NCBI RefSeq assembly: GCF_046119375.1
Contig: NW_027362767.1
Coordinates: 295,554,001 to 295,618,000 of the forward strand
Direction: 5' to 3'
Source: Phyllobates terribilis
Taxonomy: Eukaryota
DNA length: 64,000 nucleotides
The translations under genes were made by a program, and so were the position numbers. Below, piece after piece: positions 61,036-64,000 of this stretch; position 1 is the stretch's first letter, and each line of letters opens with the position of its first letter. The notes beneath the pieces were generated by a model. The model saw only the letters and a program-made list of their open reading frames with translations. It had not been told where the DNA came from and did not search any database.

Positions 61036-63499
61036 ACATAGTAACATAGTTTTAAGGTTGAAGGAAGACTAAGTCCATCTAGTTCAACCCATAGCCTAAC
61101 TTGTTGATCCAGAGGAAGGCAAAAAAAAACATGTGGCAAACACTAAGCTCCACATTGGGGAAAAAAATTCCTTCCCGACTCCATACGACAATCAGACTAG
61201 TTCCCTGGATCAACGCCCTATCAAGGGATCTAGTATTTACAACCTGTAATATTATACTTTTCAAGAAAGGCATCCATGCCCTTCTTAAATTTTAACAGTG
61301 AATCACTTATTACAACATAATGCGGCAGAGAGTTCCATAGTCTCACTGCTCTTACAGTAAAGAATCCCCGTCTGTGATTATGTTTAAACCTTCTTTCCTC
61401 CAGGCGTAGAAGATGCCCCCTTGTCCCCGTCTCAGGCCTCAGAGTAAAAAGATCAGTAGAAAGGTCTTTGTACTGTCCCCTCATATACTTGTACATAGTA
61501 ATAAGATCACCCCTAAGCCTTCTTTTTTCCACAGTAAATAACCCCAAGTGTAATAACCTGTCTTAGTATTGCAGACCCCCCCAGACCTCTAATAACCTTG
61601 GTCGCTCTTCTCTGCACCCGCTCTAGTTCAGCTATGTCTTTCTTATACACCGGAGACCAGAACTGTACACAGTATTCTAAGTGTGGTCGCACTAATGACT
61701 TGTATAGAGGTAAAATTATGTTCTCCTCATGAGCATCTATGCCTCTTTTAATGCATCCCATTATTTTATTTGCCTTTGCAGCAGCAGCCTGACACTGGCC
61801 ACTAAACGTGAGCTTGTCGTCCACCAATACACCCAGGTCTTTTTCAGTTACAGTTTTGCCCAGTGTTTTACAATTAAGCATATAATTATACATTTTATTT
61901 CCTCTGCCCAAGTGCATTACCTTACATTTATCCCCATTAAAGCTCATTTGCCATTTATCAGCCCAAGCTTCTAGTTTACATAGATCCTCCTGTAATATAA
62001 AATTGTCCTCCTCTGTATTGATTACCCTGCAGAGTTTAGTGTCATCTGCAAATATTGAAATATTACTCTGTATGCCCCCTACAAGGTCATTAATAAATAT
62101 GTTAAAAAGAAGGGGGCCCAATACTGACCCCTGTGGTACCCCACTGTTAACTGAGATCCAGTCTGAGTGTTTTCCATTAATAACCACCCTTTGTTTCCTA
62201 TCACTGAGCCAATTCTTAACCCACATATATATATATTTTCCCCGATCCCCATTGTTCTCATTTTATGTATCAACCTTTTGTGTGGAACCATATCAAAAGC
62301 TTTTGAAAAGTCCATATATACAACATCCACTGCATTTCCTTGGTCCAGTCCAGAACTTGCCTCCTCATAAAAACTGATCAGATTAGTTTGACAGGAACGG
62401 TCCCTCGTAAACCCATGTTGATATTGGGTCATGAGGTTATTCTTCTTCAGATACTCTAGTATAGCATCTCTTAGGAAACCCTCCAGGATTTTACCCACAG
62501 TAGAGGTTAAGCTTACCGGCCTATAATTTCCAAGTTCAGTTTTTGTCCCCTTTTTGAATATTGGCACCACATTTGCTATACGCCAGTCCTGTGGTACAGA
62601 CCCTGTTATTATGGAATTTTTAAAGATTAAAAATAATGGTCTATCTATGACGTTATTTAATTCCTGCAGTACTCGCGGGTGTATCCCATCTGGGCCTGGG
62701 GATTTGTCAACTTTAGTGATTTTTAGACGCCGCCGTACTTCCTGCTGGGTTAAGCAAGTGGCATTTACTGGAGAATTTTTGTTATCACTAATCATGTTTT
62801 CTGTCATGCGATTTTCTTGTGTAAATACGGTTGAAAAAAAATCATTTAGCATATTGACTTTTTCCTCATCCTCATCCACCATTTCACCCAGACTATTTTT
62901 AAGGGGGCCAACACTATCATTTTTTAGTTTTTTACTATTTATGTAGTTAAAGAATATTTTGGGGTTATTTCTACTTTCTCTGGCAATGATTCTCTCTGCC
63001 TCAATCTTTGCTGCCTTGATTTGGTTTTTACATAATTTATTTAATTTTCTATATTTATTTAATGCCTCATCACTACCTACTTGCTTTAGTTCTCTAAATG
63101 CTTTCTTTTTGTCACTTATTGCGCCCCTTACAGCTCTATTTAGCCATAGTGGTTTCCTCCTATTTCTAGCATGTTTATTCCCATAGGGTATATATTGTAC
63201 ACAGGTCCTATTCAGGATGTTAATAAATGTCTCCCATTTGCTTTGTGTAGTTTTATGTCTCAGGATATCGTCCCAGTTTATTGCACTAAGATCATCTCTT
63301 AACCGTTGGAAATTTGCCTTCCTGAAGTTTAGTGTCCTTGTAACCCCTCTACTACACATCTTATTAAAGGTTACATGAAAACGTATTATTTTGTGATCAC
63401 TATTACCCAAGTGACCCTCAACTCGTATATTTGATATGCGGTCTGGCCTATTGGTTAATATTAGGTCTAGCAGTGCCCCCCTTCTTGTTGGGTCCTGAA
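61036..63499 (-). mobile_element. CR1 LINE (endonuclease end, RT, 3' tail), two frameshifts, interrupted by a hAT at 63500
   Basis: LDLILTNRPD; SPGPDGIHPRVL; YMDFSKAFD; GVPQGSVLGP; FADDTKL; RRLRGDLI. 3' tail acatagtaacatagt at 61036. Frameshifts near 62230 and 61580. Confidence 0.93.
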
Positions 63500-64000
63500 T
63501 AGTGTTGAGCCACCCCCGTAGTGTTCGAGTTCGGTTCGGTTCGTCGAACACCCGTGTGTTCGCCGAACTGTTCGTCGAACTGTTCGTCGAACACCTTCGA
63601 ACACCGTTAAAACCAATGGCAGGCAAACAAAAACACATAGAAACACATAGAAAACACCTTCAAAGGTGTCCAAAAGCTGACAAACTGCTCAGAAGACACA
63701 ACTAACACATGGAAAAGTGACAAGTACATATAGTCATGCGAAAAGAAAAGAGGTGGAGGAGTAAAAGGAGGGGGAGACACAGATATAGGCATGTCATGCC
63801 CTTCTAAAATCCAAAAAGTGAGAAGCCGAGACGGCCAGTCCGCTCCTGCCCGTGCCACCTCCGTGTCGCCGGGTTTGTGCCAGAGCCGCGGTGAACCCTG
63901 ACGGCCAGCCCCCCTCTCCCAATACTGGTGCCTGTCCGCTGGTGGGTCGAGAGAGCCCCCCTGTGGTGGAGGCAGCTCTAAGCTTTTTAATTTAAATTGT
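63500..64000 (+). mobile_element. Left end of a hAT element, same family as 101-1130; runs off the window
   Basis: tagtgttgagccacccccgtag...; reverse complement of 642-1130. Confidence 0.88.

Noticed and set aside
56320-64000. Pairing the hAT ends at 56320 or 63500 with the end at 1130 as one element
   Set aside because: All three are left ends of the same family pointing away from or past each other, and their flanking 8-mers differ, so they are independent insertions.

Overview
Repeat-saturated vertebrate DNA, very likely a frog (inferred from the TE families, not proven). I cannot support any intact host gene. Most of the window is nested transposons. There are three full-length Ty3/Gypsy LTR retrotransposons: a Gmr1-type element with SCAN-like gag at 6392-14060, and two young tRNA-Ser-primed elements at 25473-33469 and 37043-44214, each with one visible pol nonsense codon. 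A 23-kb hAT element (22339-45341, 8-bp TSD intact) contains those two elements plus solo LTRs. Also present are further hAT copies, a Tc1 (DD34E) element, two CR1 fragments, an L2 3' end, a V-SINE-like copy and several MITEs. The most interesting signals are not in the ORF track. (1) A ~332-bp satellite-2/retrozyme-like repeat at 2939-3840 carries minimal type I hammerhead ribozymes on both strands (one with an intact core), octamer/SPH-like and CTCF-like motifs, folded into a ~530-bp palindrome. (2) An 18S rRNA-derived segment sits inside a hAT element end. (3) Several LTR junctions appear to retain unprocessed cDNA-end nucleotides. (4) A second tRNA-Ser PBS-like motif lies inside three diverged LTRs. 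(5) A reading frame rejoins exactly across the 23-kb hAT insertion. All alignments were made by eye; identities and some boundaries are approximate.
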